Positions 37,220 through 49,606 of a DNA stretch of 64,000 nt are shown here, piece by piece. A program made the position numbers and the translations under genes. Below the pieces are notes generated by a model, which saw nothing but the letters and a program-made list of their open reading frames with translations, searched no databases and was not told the origin of the DNA. The stretch comes from Octopus sinensis (lineage: Eukaryota): positions 61,690,001-61,754,000 of the forward strand of contig NC_043010.1 in the NCBI RefSeq assembly GCF_006345805.1, written 5' to 3'. Each line of letters opens with the position of its first letter. Positions within the stretch are counted from its first letter, which is position 1.

Positions 37220-38459
37220 TATATATATATATATATATACGTATATATATATATACGTATATAAATGTGTGTGTGTTGTGTGTGTATGTATATATACGTA
37301 TGTGTGTGTATGCATATTTATACATCCATAAATGCATGAATGTATGTATTTCACGCGTCTACATACATCGCCATATAGATATGAATGAATGACGGGAGGA
37401 AGCGAGGGGTGGGGTGAGGTGGCGGCTATATTATATTTTCATTCATAACGCCAGCCGTCTGCTATCAACACCAACATTTTTCTCTGTTTATAATTGTTTT
37501 CGCTATTCCCAGCGTGAAACAACGATGGAGGCGCTGGTTGTGGTAGTGGTGGTGGGAGGAGAGAGGGGGGACGCGCGATATTGCTTTGCTTCCCCCTGCC
37601 CCCTCTCACTTCACTCCTCGCATACAATCAACCGTCCCCCCCCCTCGCCGTCGCTGTCGTCGTCTTCTATTCTTCCTCCTTCCTCCTCCTCCCTGTCCGC
37701 ACGTTACCGCTACAACACCCTCCCCTTCCCAGCAGCAGCAGCAACCTCCATCGCCACCACCACCACTATAGTGACTGCCACCAATTACAGTTCCACGTCA
37801 CCACCACCACCACCGCCACCGCAATCATCTTCTGCGCTACAACCACTACAATATCTGCTGCAGCTTCACCGCCGCCACCATCACGTTCCGCAGAAACGCA
37901 CGCGCGCGCCAGAACCATCACCACCACTACTATCATAGTCATCATCATTATCATCATCATCAGCGACGTCTTCACCATCACCACCACCACCACCACCACC
38001 ACCACCACTACCAAAATCACCCTCCCTTCACCACCGCCTTCGTCGCTATTACAACCACCTACCTCCACACCTCCGTCTCCCTCACCCTATTCATAATCCA
38101 ACGAAGGCGCTTCAACGTGGTTGCTCGGCCTGCTAGAAACAACAGCCAAACCTCCCCCTGAACTCACGTCCTATTGTCTTGGAATACAAAAGGATGAATT
38201 AGATTTATCCGAATGTGCATTGCCTGTGCGTTTGGAGGAAGTAATGGTGGATGGTCACGGCATGATGAGATAGATCATAGGTCTGTTTGATTAGGGCTGA
38301 CCTGGGGCGAAACGTATATAACAACACCTATTTCCAACATTACCACCACCACCAATACAACACAATCCTCGCCATTCTCACCGCCGCCCTCGTCAATATT
38401 CACACCATCCCCATCACCGCCATCACACCAATATAACAGTTTTTTGTTATCCTCTACCA

Positions 38460-38526
38460 CTATTCTCACCAATATATATACATATATATATGCATATATA
38501 TATATATGCATATAATATATATATAC

Positions 38527-38558
<32 letters not shown>

Positions 38559-38662
38559 GCATATATATATATACATATATATATATGCATATATATATAT
38601 ATTATATACATATATATATACATATATATACATATATATATACATATATACATACATATATT

Positions 38663-38718
<56 letters not shown>

Positions 38719-38745
38719 CATATATATATATATACACGCACACAC
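38460..38745. repeat. (TA)n/(CA)n compound microsatellite
   Basis: Read directly from the sequence. Confidence 0.95.
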
Positions 38746-40321
38746 ACAACGCACCAACTATATCACCACAACCTACCTACATCAATAAACCAATATTCCA
38801 TCATCATCATCATCAACTTCTGCCGCCACAAATGCAACGCCATCTTTACCACCACCACCATCACCAATATACCAATATACGATAACGACACCGCCACCAT
38901 CTCACCATCACCACCACCACCCCCATCACCAATAGTTTACTGTTTTTGCCACCACCCCCACCACAATCCTTCCCAATAAACACACCAACTCCGCCACCAC
39001 CACCGTCTACCACCTCATATGACCATCCTCGTTCTCCTCCCCGCCACCATCCTTACCAATAAAAACCACCACCGTCTCCACCATCATCACCACTGTCATC
39101 ATCGATATACCGATATCGAGTCGTTAGCACCGCCGCCGCCAATACAACACCATCTGCACCAGCACCACCACCACCACCATCGATATACCCATATTCCATC
39201 TTCACCATCACCGCCGCCGCCACTATAGCACCATCTCTGCCTCTACCGCCACCATCGCCACTGCCAAATATGACCATTCCTCGCCGTCCCCGCCATCATC
39301 TTTACCCATATAGCACCGTCTCCCCCACCACCATCCTCGCCGTCCCCACCGTCTGGTGTGGATTATTTGGGCGGTGCATGTCGGCAGAGAAGTTAACAAT
39401 AAGGCTGACGGGTGCTGAATTAACTATTTCCCCTTGCCGCCGCCGCCTCCACCGCCACGTTTCCCTGTCCTACCCCAGACACTGCATCACCACCCAGGAT
39501 AGGCCGGGGTGGGTGGCAGCGGGGTGGCGAGCGTCTATTATCTTTCCTTCTGTTTACATTTTCGATCAACGACCTCCCTCCATCCACCCCCACCTCGTTC
39601 ATCCCTCATCCGCCGTCACCGCCGCCCCCCACTCAGTCGTTCACACCACCCCTCGTCACCCCCGTCTTCCTTCCTTCCTCTCCTCCCGCCCCCTTCTAAC
39701 ACATGTTCACACGTAGGGGGGAAGGGTGAGAGGCAATCATACACCTCCTTTTTACACATAAACCCCCGTCTTTCACACACCCATACACACACACAAATAC
39801 ACACATACAGACACACGTACACATACAGACGTTCAGCTTCAAGACTACACCGCTCAGCTTCCACGTTTACACACACACACACAGACGCGCACACATGCCC
39901 ACACACGCACCCATCCACCTTCAACGCAAACACAAGAACGGTCTCCAGCATACACATCAACACATACGCACACTCTCCCACACACACACACTCGCAGCTA
40001 AACACACACACACACAAACACATAGAAGTGCTCTCATCCACACGCAAGACACACCAGCGCAAGCAAGCATCAAGACTTACGATGTCAATCTCACGCACAC
40101 AGACAAGGGTGCAGAACATATGCACACACACACACACACATGCACACACACGCTCTCGCGCACACACACACACAGACATAAGAACATACATCTTACTACA
40201 GACGAAGCTGTTGACAAACCAAGATAAAACTCCAACGACCACACGCATTGAATTCATACAATCCCACTGATACATTTGCACACACGTTTTAATACACATA
40301 CATACACACACAATATTATAC

Positions 40322-40357
<36 letters not shown>

Positions 40358-40480
40358 AAGACTAAAATATTCAGTTTTCACCTGAGAAACCCGGAGAACT
40401 CGGATCTCAACACCAGCGTCTCTTAAAGGAGTATAGCTCCCTGACACACACATTGATACTCACACACACACATACATACA

Positions 40481-40561
<81 letters not shown>

Positions 40562-40590
40562 ATGTGTGTGTGAGTATATGTGTGTATGTG

Positions 40591-40622
<32 letters not shown>

Positions 40623-40899
40623 TATATGTATGTCTGTGTATTCTACTATAATCTTGGTAGATGGAAACTGAAAGAAGCTCATCGTGTATACATGCATACA
40701 TGTGTGTGTGTGTGTGTGTGTGTCACTTGAAAACCAGTGTTGGTGTGTTTACGTCCCTGTAACTTAGAAGCTCACCAAAAGAGACTGACAGAAAGGTTAA
40801 ACAAACAGAAATAAGTACTGGAGGAAAACTGCCCGAGGTGGCAGCCAAGGCTGGCTGCAGTCTGATGACCTAAGGGAGTAAAAGACAAAAGATATACAC

Positions 40900-41145
40900 C
40901 AGGGATGGGCAACTTTTCGTCAGCTGGGGCCGGGGGCACATCGTAGTATTTCCAAGTGGGAGAGGGCTGTGTAATAAAACACATAGGCATGAAATATTAC
41001 TTTCCCAATTTACACTGAATTTTTTGCAATTCTTAATTTTATTTGTCTTAGTATGAAATTAGTAACCAAGGAACTCGGTGAGGGACCACACAACAACATG
41101 TCGAGGGCCGCATGCAGCCCGTGGGCCATAGGTTTCCTATGCATG
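40900..41145 (+). mobile_element. hAT-type MITE
   Basis: It starts 'cagggatgggcaac' and ends 'ggtttcctatgcatg'. The flanks atatacac and atatatac form a 7/8 match to an 8-bp TSD. Confidence 0.6.
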
Positions 41146-41189
41146 ATATATACTCTAGCAAAAAGCATGACGTAATCTATTCTTTAGGT

Positions 41190-41408
41190 CAGTGCTTTTC
41201 AAACTTTTTGCTGGAGCGGAACCCCAAGGAAACATTCCACTGGCTCGAGGAACCCCTGCGCAATAATTTGATAGTCTTATGCACACATATCTGCACAGGA
41301 GAATTAAAAACTACTGCCGATTTTAGCATTTTTGTAACTTCTTGCAGAACCCCTGGACTGTACTGGCAGAACCCTAAGGTTCCGCGGAACCCTGGTTGAA
41401 AACCACTG
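41190..41408 (+). mobile_element. hAT (Charlie-like) MITE with perfect 8-bp TSD
   Basis: The TIRs are cagtgcttttcaa and ttgaaaaccactg. The TSD ctttaggt lies at 41182-41189 and 41409-41416. Confidence 0.9.
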
Positions 41409-41674
41409 CTTTAGGTTAATGGCAAACTCTTTATATTTATAACTCAACTTAAAAACAAACATCAATATCTCTCAACACCGTCATCGTCATTTAGTGTCCA
41501 TATTCCATGCTCGTATGGATCGGACAGTTTCACAAGATTCAACAGGTCAAGGAACTATGTCAAACTCCAATGTCTATGTGGATATGGTTTCAATGGCTGG
41601 ATGTCTTAATGCCAACCCCTTTACAGAGTGGACTGGTTCCAATGCTTATTCATGTCACTGGCTCTAGTAATGTC

Positions 41675-42060
41675 GGTGGAGGCGCAATGGCCCAGTGGTT
41701 AGGGCAGAGGACTGGCGGTCGTAGGATCGTGGTTTCGAATCCCAGACCGGGCATTGTGAGTGTTTATTGAGCGAAAACACTTAAAGCTCCACGAGGCTCC
41801 GGCAGGGATGGTGGTGATCCCTGCTGTACTCTTTCACCACAACTTTCTCTCACTCTTACTTCCTGTTTCTGTTGTACCTGTATTTCAAAGGGCCGGCCTT
41901 GTCACTCTCTGTGTCACGCTGAATATCCCTGAGAACTATGTTAAGTGTACACGTGTCTGTGGAGTGCTCAGCCACTTACACGTTAATTTCACGAGCAGGC
42001 TGTTCCGTTGATCGGATCAACCGGAACCCTTGTCGTCGTAATCGACGGAGTGCTTCCCAG
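41675..42060 (+). mobile_element. SINE S3, full length with 12-bp TSD
   Basis: It has the A box 'tggcccagtggtt' and the B box 'gtttcgaatccc'. The TSD tctagtaatgtc lies at 41663-41674 and 42061-42072. Confidence 0.93.
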
Positions 42061-42260
42061 TCTAGTAATGTCACCAAGTGGCTCACAAGATAAGACCCCT
42101 TGACATTCACTTAGTATTGAAGGGGTGCCAGGTGTTGGGAGAAAGGAGAATGATAGAGGGATGGGAGTAGGTAGGTGCCTTGCTGTGGAGGAGATACATG
42201 GCTACCCCAACTGAGGAAGGAGAACAAAAGATGGTAGTGATGAGATATTAAGACACACCC

Positions 42261-42484
42261 TTAATGTTTTAGCATTTAAATTAGCCATATCTGGTCCCAA
42301 ATATTCTCCCTGTCTTATGTCCAAACTGGACAGATCTGGGCTCTCACACCTGTCTTACAATGTCATTCTAAAAATAAACAATCACATCAAAATCTTCAAG
42401 CTAAGAGATAATCCAGGATTAATTCACAGCAATGGGTATAAATAAGGATTGCATTTGACAGGGTAATATGAACGCTAAGGGGTC
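42261..42484 (+). mobile_element. piggyBac-type MITE, diverged uninterrupted copy
   Basis: It is colinear with 4208-4320 joined to 4694-4798. Confidence 0.7.
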
Positions 42485-42810
42485 AGGGTACAAGAAGGAG
42501 AATGTAAGGTGGCAGGGGGAGAGGGGGAACAAATGAGGAGGATAGGGTGAGAGAGGGTCAGATACATTTAGAAGAGGGTGAGGTGAGTGACAGATGGTTG
42601 GAGGTTAGGAGGTGATGCAGCAAACCTACAAACAAGGGAAGGGCCCAGGGAAGAGGAGGTGGTAAGTGGCAGTACAAAGAGTTGGGGAATGCTCAGTTAC
42701 AAGGGCGGAATCTGAGGTATGTAGGAGTGAATATACAGAGTGTGATGAACAGAAAAAAGAAGGGGGTGATGGCCCGGATATGAGATGGTGCTCAAAGTTG
42801 GTTTGAAATT

Positions 42811-43080
42811 AAGGTGGTGAGATGGCAGAATTGTTAGCATGCATGGCAACAATGCTTAGCGGCATTTTGTCCATTTTAACATTCTGAGTTCAAATTCCTC
42901 CAGGGTCGACTTTGCTTTTCATCCTTTTGGGGTGAATAAGATAAGGACCAGTTGAGCACTGGGTTCAATGTAATTGACTTATCCCCTCTCCCAAAATTGC
43001 TGGCCTTGTGCCAAAATCTGAAATCAATATTGCTTTTGGCACAAGGCCAGTAATTTTCGGTGGGTGGGGGATTATTTAAA
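42811..43080 (+). mobile_element. SINE S2
   Basis: Core motifs are present. Confidence 0.8.
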
Positions 43081-43514
43081 AGCAAGATTGGTGTTCCAGA
43101 AAAAAAGTCAACAGTTGAAGGATAGAATCAACCAGGATGAAAGACCAGCTGTGATGAGAGATTTCCTCGTCGAATCTTTGATTAATTAACCACAGGGAAG
43201 AGGAAAAGGATGCCCTTTTGATCATGACAATGACCAGCTAAAGTCAACCCTCAAAACAGCTGGAATTAAAGGGGAAAATGTGAGAAACTAAAGTCCAGAA
43301 GGGTGCCAACTGATGTCCGTGTATCACCGTTGAAATTGACACTTTTTCAAGGCAGAGCATTTAAAAGGATTTAAGATACAAAAACAACAACCAAACACTT
43401 TACCAATGTCAACTTGTCATTTTGATCAGCCTGCTTTATGAGAAAATTTACCATCAACAACGTCAGCATGGAGGAACATGGTCAAGAGGACATTGAAATT
43501 ATCAGATACAACAT

Positions 43515-44335
43515 ATATCATCATCATCATCATCATCATCATCATCGTTTAACGTCCGTTTTCCATGCTGGCATGGGTTGGACGGTTCGACTGAGGACTG
43601 GGAAGCCAGGAGGCTGTACCAGGACCCAATCTGATCTGGCAGTGTTTCTACAGCTGGATGCCCTTCCTACCACCAACCACTCAAAGAGTGTAGTGGGTGC
43701 TTTTTATGTACCACCAGCACAGGGGCCAGAGGAGCTGGCATCGGCCACAATCGGATGGTGCTTTTTACGTGCCACCAGCACAGAAGCCAGTCAAAGCGAC
43801 ACTGGCATCAGCCACGTTCAGATGGTGCTTTTTACATGCTACCGGCACGGGACTCACAACTACAATTTCCATTTGATTTGATTTTGATATTGCTGTTGAT
43901 GTTGATGTACTTGACTCAGTAGGTCTCCTCAAGCACAGCATGTCACCCTACGACCTAAGGTACTTTTGAGTGGGCTGGTTATATGACACTGGTGTAGGTT
44001 ATAGCTGTGGACCCACATTATTTGCTGGATCTTCTCAGTCACAGCATATTTCCAGAGGTCTTGGTCTTTTGTCATTGCCTCTGTGAGGCCCAACGTTCAA
44101 AGGTCATGCTTCACCACCTCACCCCATGTCTTCCTGTGTCTCCCTCTACCTCAGATTCCTTCCACTGTTTGGGAGTGGCACTTTTTCACTTTTCCATCCA
44201 TAGTACATAACCATACCAACGCAAACATCTCTCCTGCACACCACATCTGATGCTTCTTATGTCTAACATTTCTCTCAGGGCCCTTACACTCTGTCGTGTG
44301 TGCACACTGACATTACACATCCAGCGGTTCATACT
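43515..44335 (-). mobile_element. RTE LINE 3' end with tail
   Basis: The minus strand reads RWMCNVSVHTRQSVRALREMLDIRSIRCGVQERCLRWYG...GRGRHRKTWGEVVKHDL, an RTE C-terminus. It is followed by a 3' UTR and a (GAT)n tail near 43515-43545. Confidence 0.85.
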
Positions 44336-45372
44336 AGCTTAGCAATATATATATATAGTTACATTTAGACCTCTTATAAGGATTTTTTTTTATCCAAGAT
44401 ACACTGGTTTAATACATTGTATCTTGAAGAGATATTTCTTCAATGAATATATCATATAAAATATAAAATATCAAATATTATCATAAAGTTTGAAAGTGGA
44501 GAAATCTAATGGACACAAATTAATTTATTAATAAATTAACACATTCACCTATAATTGTTTCATTTCACAAGCAAAATTAAAACTGCAAAACATATATAAA
44601 TACATAATCATGCATTTTAAAATACCTTGGGTGGAAAACCATGAGGGTGTGCAAAAGGACAATACTAGGTATACATTGTGATCCATTGGAATATTCAGAA
44701 TATATATATATATAAATTAGAAAAAAACCACCTTAAATCAATTCAAAATGAACAAATGTATATATTTCGTTATTCTACCAAATATATACGTTTTTATTAA
44801 TATTTTTTTTATTATTATTTTGCAATTTACTTAATCATCGGTATATTATTGTTATTTTAATTTTAATATTTCTATTATATGTAATTTTCTAGATGGTGTA
44901 ATTTAATTGTTCATTTTGAATTGATATAAGGTGGGTTTTTCTAATTTTTTATATATATATTTTATATTTTGTGAAATTTGATTTAGTATTCTAAATTGAA
45001 TTTTTCCTTGTAAGTTAGGAATAATATTCCCTCAAATAATAATTATATATATATATAGTTTACAGTTCCAGTATAGGCATGATCAACAAAAATGTGTTCC
45101 ATTCAGTGAGAGATAAATATCATTTAATATACACATTTACAAAGAGAGAGCAATAGTTTCATGCTTTAAGATACCTTAAATTGACAGATTTATATAACCT
45201 GCCGCCATCTATCTCCAAGCAATCTTTCAGACTCAGTTCATAATGAAGAGAAAACATGAGGTAAAAAAAAAAAACAAGAACAAAAACAGAAGAAAAAAGT
45301 CCTTGAAGATACATGACATGTTGTACAACTTGCCAATTTAATGTATCTTAAAGCATGAAACTATCAATAGCT

Positions 45373-45515
45373 CATTATTTACATTAGACGGATATTTGTC
45401 CTCATCTTGTTTGTTGTTAACACAATGTTTCGGCTGATATACCCCTCCAGCCTTTATCAGGTGTCTTGGGGAAATTTCAAACCTGGGTTTTCATTCCTAA
45501 GGTATTTTTCGATGA

Positions 45516-45547
<32 letters not shown>

Positions 45548-45628
45548 TATTATTCAGGTCACGGCCTGGAATCGAACTCGGAATCTTGGAGTTAGTAGCC
45601 TGTGCCTCTTAACCACTATGCCATATGC
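45373..45628 (-). mobile_element. tRNA-head SINE with (AAT)n linker and hammerhead-bearing tail
   Basis: On the minus strand: A box TGGCATAGTGG, B box GAGTTCGATTCC, (AAT)n, then ACAC-CTGATAA-A-GGCTG...CAGCC-GAAAC-ATT-GTGT. Confidence 0.7.
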
Positions 45629-45720
45629 CTGATGGAGGCTAGAGCCGAAATGTGTTAACAACAAACAAGATGAGGACAAATATCCGTCAAATTCCTCATC
45701 TCTTAAATATAGAACTCTAC
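45628..45720 (+). mobile_element. Inverted partial copy of the same hammerhead tail abutting the SINE 5' end
   Basis: The sequence 'cctgatggaggct..agccgaaatgtgttaacaacaaacaagatgaggacaaatatccgtc' is the inverse of about 45387-45460. Confidence 0.75.
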
Positions 45721-45789
45721 TATTAACAGCTGTTTAGTAATTGCATAGATTGATATATATATATGTATATATAAATAATAAATACTTAT

Positions 45790-46100
45790 CTAGCAGTATG
45801 GTTCTAGTCTGTTACAAGACCAGAAGAGATGCAGCAGAAAGACAAAACTAGAGAAGGATCAACCTGTTGGAGCAGGTCATGAAAGTTATTGGAAGAATTA
45901 TAGCAAAATTAACTCAGAACAGGACGAGTCTGGGCAAAATGTAGGAAAAGGTATCCAGTGATATCATCTTCCGATGGAGACAATTGTAAGAAACCTATTT
46001 AGGAATATTACTCTATATCCAGCATTTGTAAACATGGAGAAAGATTTCCATGGGTTCAGTCCAATCTGTTATTTAGTGGTCAACACAGAAGCTAGGGATA
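45790..46100 (+). pseudogene. RTE LINE RT-domain remnant
   Basis: It reads RDAAERQN*RRINLLEQVMKVIGRIIA...LYPAFVNMEKDF, compared with the RTE 'NYRGIKLLDQVMK...LYLAFVDMEKAFD'. Confidence 0.8.
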
Positions 46101-46434
46101 GAAGAATGGTCTGTGAGGGAAGAGCAAAGTATATACATCGTAGGTTCTCTCAAAGTGGGCCCTACCCCCCACCCCACCCCCAGTGGGCGTTGAGATGGTC
46201 CTCACTATTTCTGGCACCCGGCACATAAAAAGCACCCACTACACTCACGGAGTGGTTGGCATTAGGAAGGGCATCCAGCTGTAGAAACACTGCCAGATCT
46301 GACTGGCCTGGTGCAGCCTTCGGGCTTCCCAGACCCCAGTTGAACCGTCCAACCCATGCTAGCATGGAAAGCGGACGTTAAACGATGATGATGAATACAC
46401 ACCATAAATTGGTTTACAAATTGAACAGAGACAA

Positions 46435-48100
46435 TGCAGTGTTTAAGAAACTCCTCAGATGCCAATGGAATCTTTTGAAGGTGACATGGTGAGATTGGAA
46501 AGCTGTTGGTTAGTGAAGAGACATTCAGAGACAGGCATTTGGGTGCCGCCTGTTTGGCATTGCTGTTACGGTTGTGACACTGACTTATTTGACATAGCAA
46601 TGTTTCTTTTGTTCTCTTCTTGCTTCTTTCTTACTCGCTCCCCTGTTCCCCAGTTTGTGTGTGTGTGAGCCTATTTCCCTGTGTGTATAAGGAGAAGCAA
46701 AGTGTTTATGTCAGTCGTGTTCATGCATGAGTGTGTGTGTGTGTTTGCTGCCAATACTATAATGTACTGTTGCCTAAACAGGCGGATATTTAGTCAGCCG
46801 TGCCAAACCCTCAGCAGCCAAACAGCTGTGCCCAATTGTCTCATTCTACTGTGAAGGTGTGCTGAAGGACTTTGGATTCCTAAAGAGGAAAACTCATACA
46901 ACATCAATCACTTTCAGTCAGTTTTGCTGCTGAGTGTTGAAAGGAAGGTTTGTTCAGCTTTCTTCCCGAAAGAAGACTGCGATTCTTCCCAAGAACAGGC
47001 TGTACCGAATCATCAATGCCAAAGGTCAGCATCCCTGGTCTCCCTGTTGTAATCCCCCCAGCTTAACAGGAAACCCCTTGAGAGCAGAGGTGACCTATTC
47101 ATACTGTGGTTTGATCTGGCCAAATGACATGATTGTGAAAGAATTGGAAGGGCAATTATGTGTGTGAGCCTATTTCCTTATGCATATATCACACAGAAGA
47201 CACATCAAGCTTGCACTATACCACCACCACCACCACCACCACCATCATATTCTCAGCAATATCAAGGACCTGGTATTGTTGATGGTCATTTTTGGATCAG
47301 AAACATGAGACTAGCATTGACTTAGAAAAGAATAATAACAGCACTATCCCTGCTGTTGCATTCTTGCCATGGACATAGTGACTGAGTCTTCGCAGGGGTG
47401 GTGTGCAAAGAACTTCCCACCCCATCCAAGACCGGTCTATGACAACCTTCATTTATAGGTGACCTGACCATCACAATGTCAGTCCCAGGATGTTGGCAAA
47501 TTCTACAAAGAATCGAGAAACTTACTACTTGGCCAAGGATGAATTTAAAATCTGCCAACTAAAGATCATGGTGCTAAACAAGAGAAAAGTAGTCGACAAA
47601 CTCCATTCCTCAAAATCCAGAACTGTCACCCCACCCACCTCACATAGCAAACAGACAGTCTAGGGAAGCTAGTCAACTCAACTCTAAAAAAAACTACTAT
47701 GATTCAAAAATTCAACAAAGAAGTTTGGTTCACCAAAGTCAACAAGTGAAACCTTACAAGCAGATCCAAGGTCAATGAATCAGGCCTTCCTAGCAGATCC
47801 AGAATCAACAAGTGAGGCCTTCCTAGCAGATCCAAGGTCAACGAGTCGGGCCTTCCTAGCAGATCCAAGGTCAATGAGTCAGGCCTTCCTAGCAGATCAA
47901 AAATCAACAAGTTGGGCCTTCCAAGCAGATCCAAGGTCAACGAGTCAGGCCTTCCTAGCAGATCCAAGATCTGAATTTACCAATACTTTCTCCATAGAAC
48001 TGCTTGACAGGGCAGTGTACTCAGCTTCAACAAGCAATAGAAGTCTACCTGCATGATGCTCAACCAAGTAATGCTAAAAGGCTTTCCACACATTCTACCA
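46435..48100 (+). pseudogene. HERO/NeSL-type (RLE clade) non-LTR retrotransposon RT remnant, fragmented
   Basis: Successive blocks read FKKLLRCQWNLLKVTW, AEGLWIPKEENS/INHFQSVLLLSVERK, KVSIPGL, ILAMDIV and FIGDLTIT...WQILQRIEKLTTWPRMNLKSAN. These match RT motifs in order (YMDD decayed to FIGD). Confidence 0.75.
47731..47970. repeat. 33-bp minisatellite, about 7 copies
   Basis: The motif 'cagatc' starts at 47761, 47794, 47827, 47860, 47893, 47926 and 47959. Confidence 0.95.
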
Positions 48101-49547
48101 CCTTGTCCCCACTCGCTGCAACCTGAAACCCATAACTTCTGGTCATTCATACTTCCTAAAGTGACATTATGCTTCTCCTTGTCAAGCTAGGTCTTTGAGG
48201 AATATCCCAGACCTAATCTGCCAGTTATCAAGTTGCCTTTTAGTTCCTTCTCCTTAGGTAGGATTTTACCATATGCCTGGCTGTCTCTGCCTTCCATTTT
48301 GTCTCTCTTCTTACTCTGATGTCAATGAAAACCAGCAGAGTCTTGTGCCCTCTCTGGGTTTACCCAACTCCACAGCTAACATTAGAGTCTCTCAAAAAGG
48401 AAGATCAGTGGTTTTCTCTATTTGTAGTTGAGGTCTCCCCATGTCCTCGGAGGCACAGCACTGTATGGGACTGAAGGTGTGTGGTTTAGGGGTTAGGGGT
48501 ACTTGACTAACAACAGTAAAGTCATGAGTTCATTTCCCACCTAACACTGTGTCCTTGAGCAAGACACTTTATTTCACATTGCCATAGTTCACTCAGCTGG
48601 CAAAAATGTGTTGTACCTTGAATTCAAAGGGGTCAGCCTTGTCACATTCTGTATTGTTCTGAATCTCCCTTAAGGGCACCCATGTCAGTGGAGTGCTCAG
48701 CCACTTGCACATTAACTCCACAAGCAGGCAGTTCCATTGACTGGATCCACTGAAACACTTGTGTCATCATAACCAAATGAGGACCTTTCCTACTATGCCA
48801 CAGTACGTCTCTCGCTGTCTGTCTTCCACCACCACCACCACCACCACCACATGTCTCTATCTCTCTTTCTATCTTCCTTCCTCTTCATCATAAACAGTTT
48901 TGAATGGGCCAAGTAACACCTCGCAGCTCCCATTCAGGGGTCTCACAGAAAAAAATTTGAAGTAACACAAGCAAGAGAACAATTCTAAGGAGTTCTTGCA
49001 GTCCAGAAACTCCCAAAGTCATCAAAATCCACTTGCATCACAGTGCTGACCAGACTATTAGACAGCAGTATACACCACTGATCATGATGCGCTTCCAATT
49101 CTTTCACAATCATGCCAATCTTGTTCATCGTTCCTCTAATTGTTTAACTAAATTGTCTTCCCATCATCGTGGAGGCTTTCCAAAGTGGCCTTTCCCAATG
49201 TTCTCTGTGAACTTTGCAACACTTCTGGCCCAACGGGACTTGTACTTTCGGCATTCTGTGATCACACATTCCTTCCATTCTCTTCTGGAATTACCTCATT
49301 TCGGATAGGATCTTGCAATGTTATTTCTGGCACAGATCTTTCCAGGGCCCTTTTCATATACATGTGTGTATGGCTAAGAGAGAGCAGGGGAACATGTTTG
49401 TTGAAGACAATGGAAAATCTGTCCATTTAATTGATTTAATAAAGCAAACAATTGTTCTGTTTTTAGGGTTCTCAGGCACAGAAATACATTAGGACTTATT
49501 TTAGGCAAGAGTGGACGTGTTTAAGAGACAATTTTATATATATATAT

Positions 49548-49606
<59 letters not shown>

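Noticed and set aside
41675-41760. tRNA gene (and similar heads elsewhere)
   Set aside because: These are SINE heads that continue into repeat bodies with TSDs, and no complete cloverleaf is evident.
42100-42810. PLE GIY-YIG coding relics (also about 3180-3620, 13480-13800 and 26680-27180)
   Set aside because: The composition is suggestive, but the peptides are too decayed to support a call without a profile search.
47731-47970. CRISPR-like array
   Set aside because: The units are contiguous with no unique spacers, in a eukaryotic context with no cas genes.
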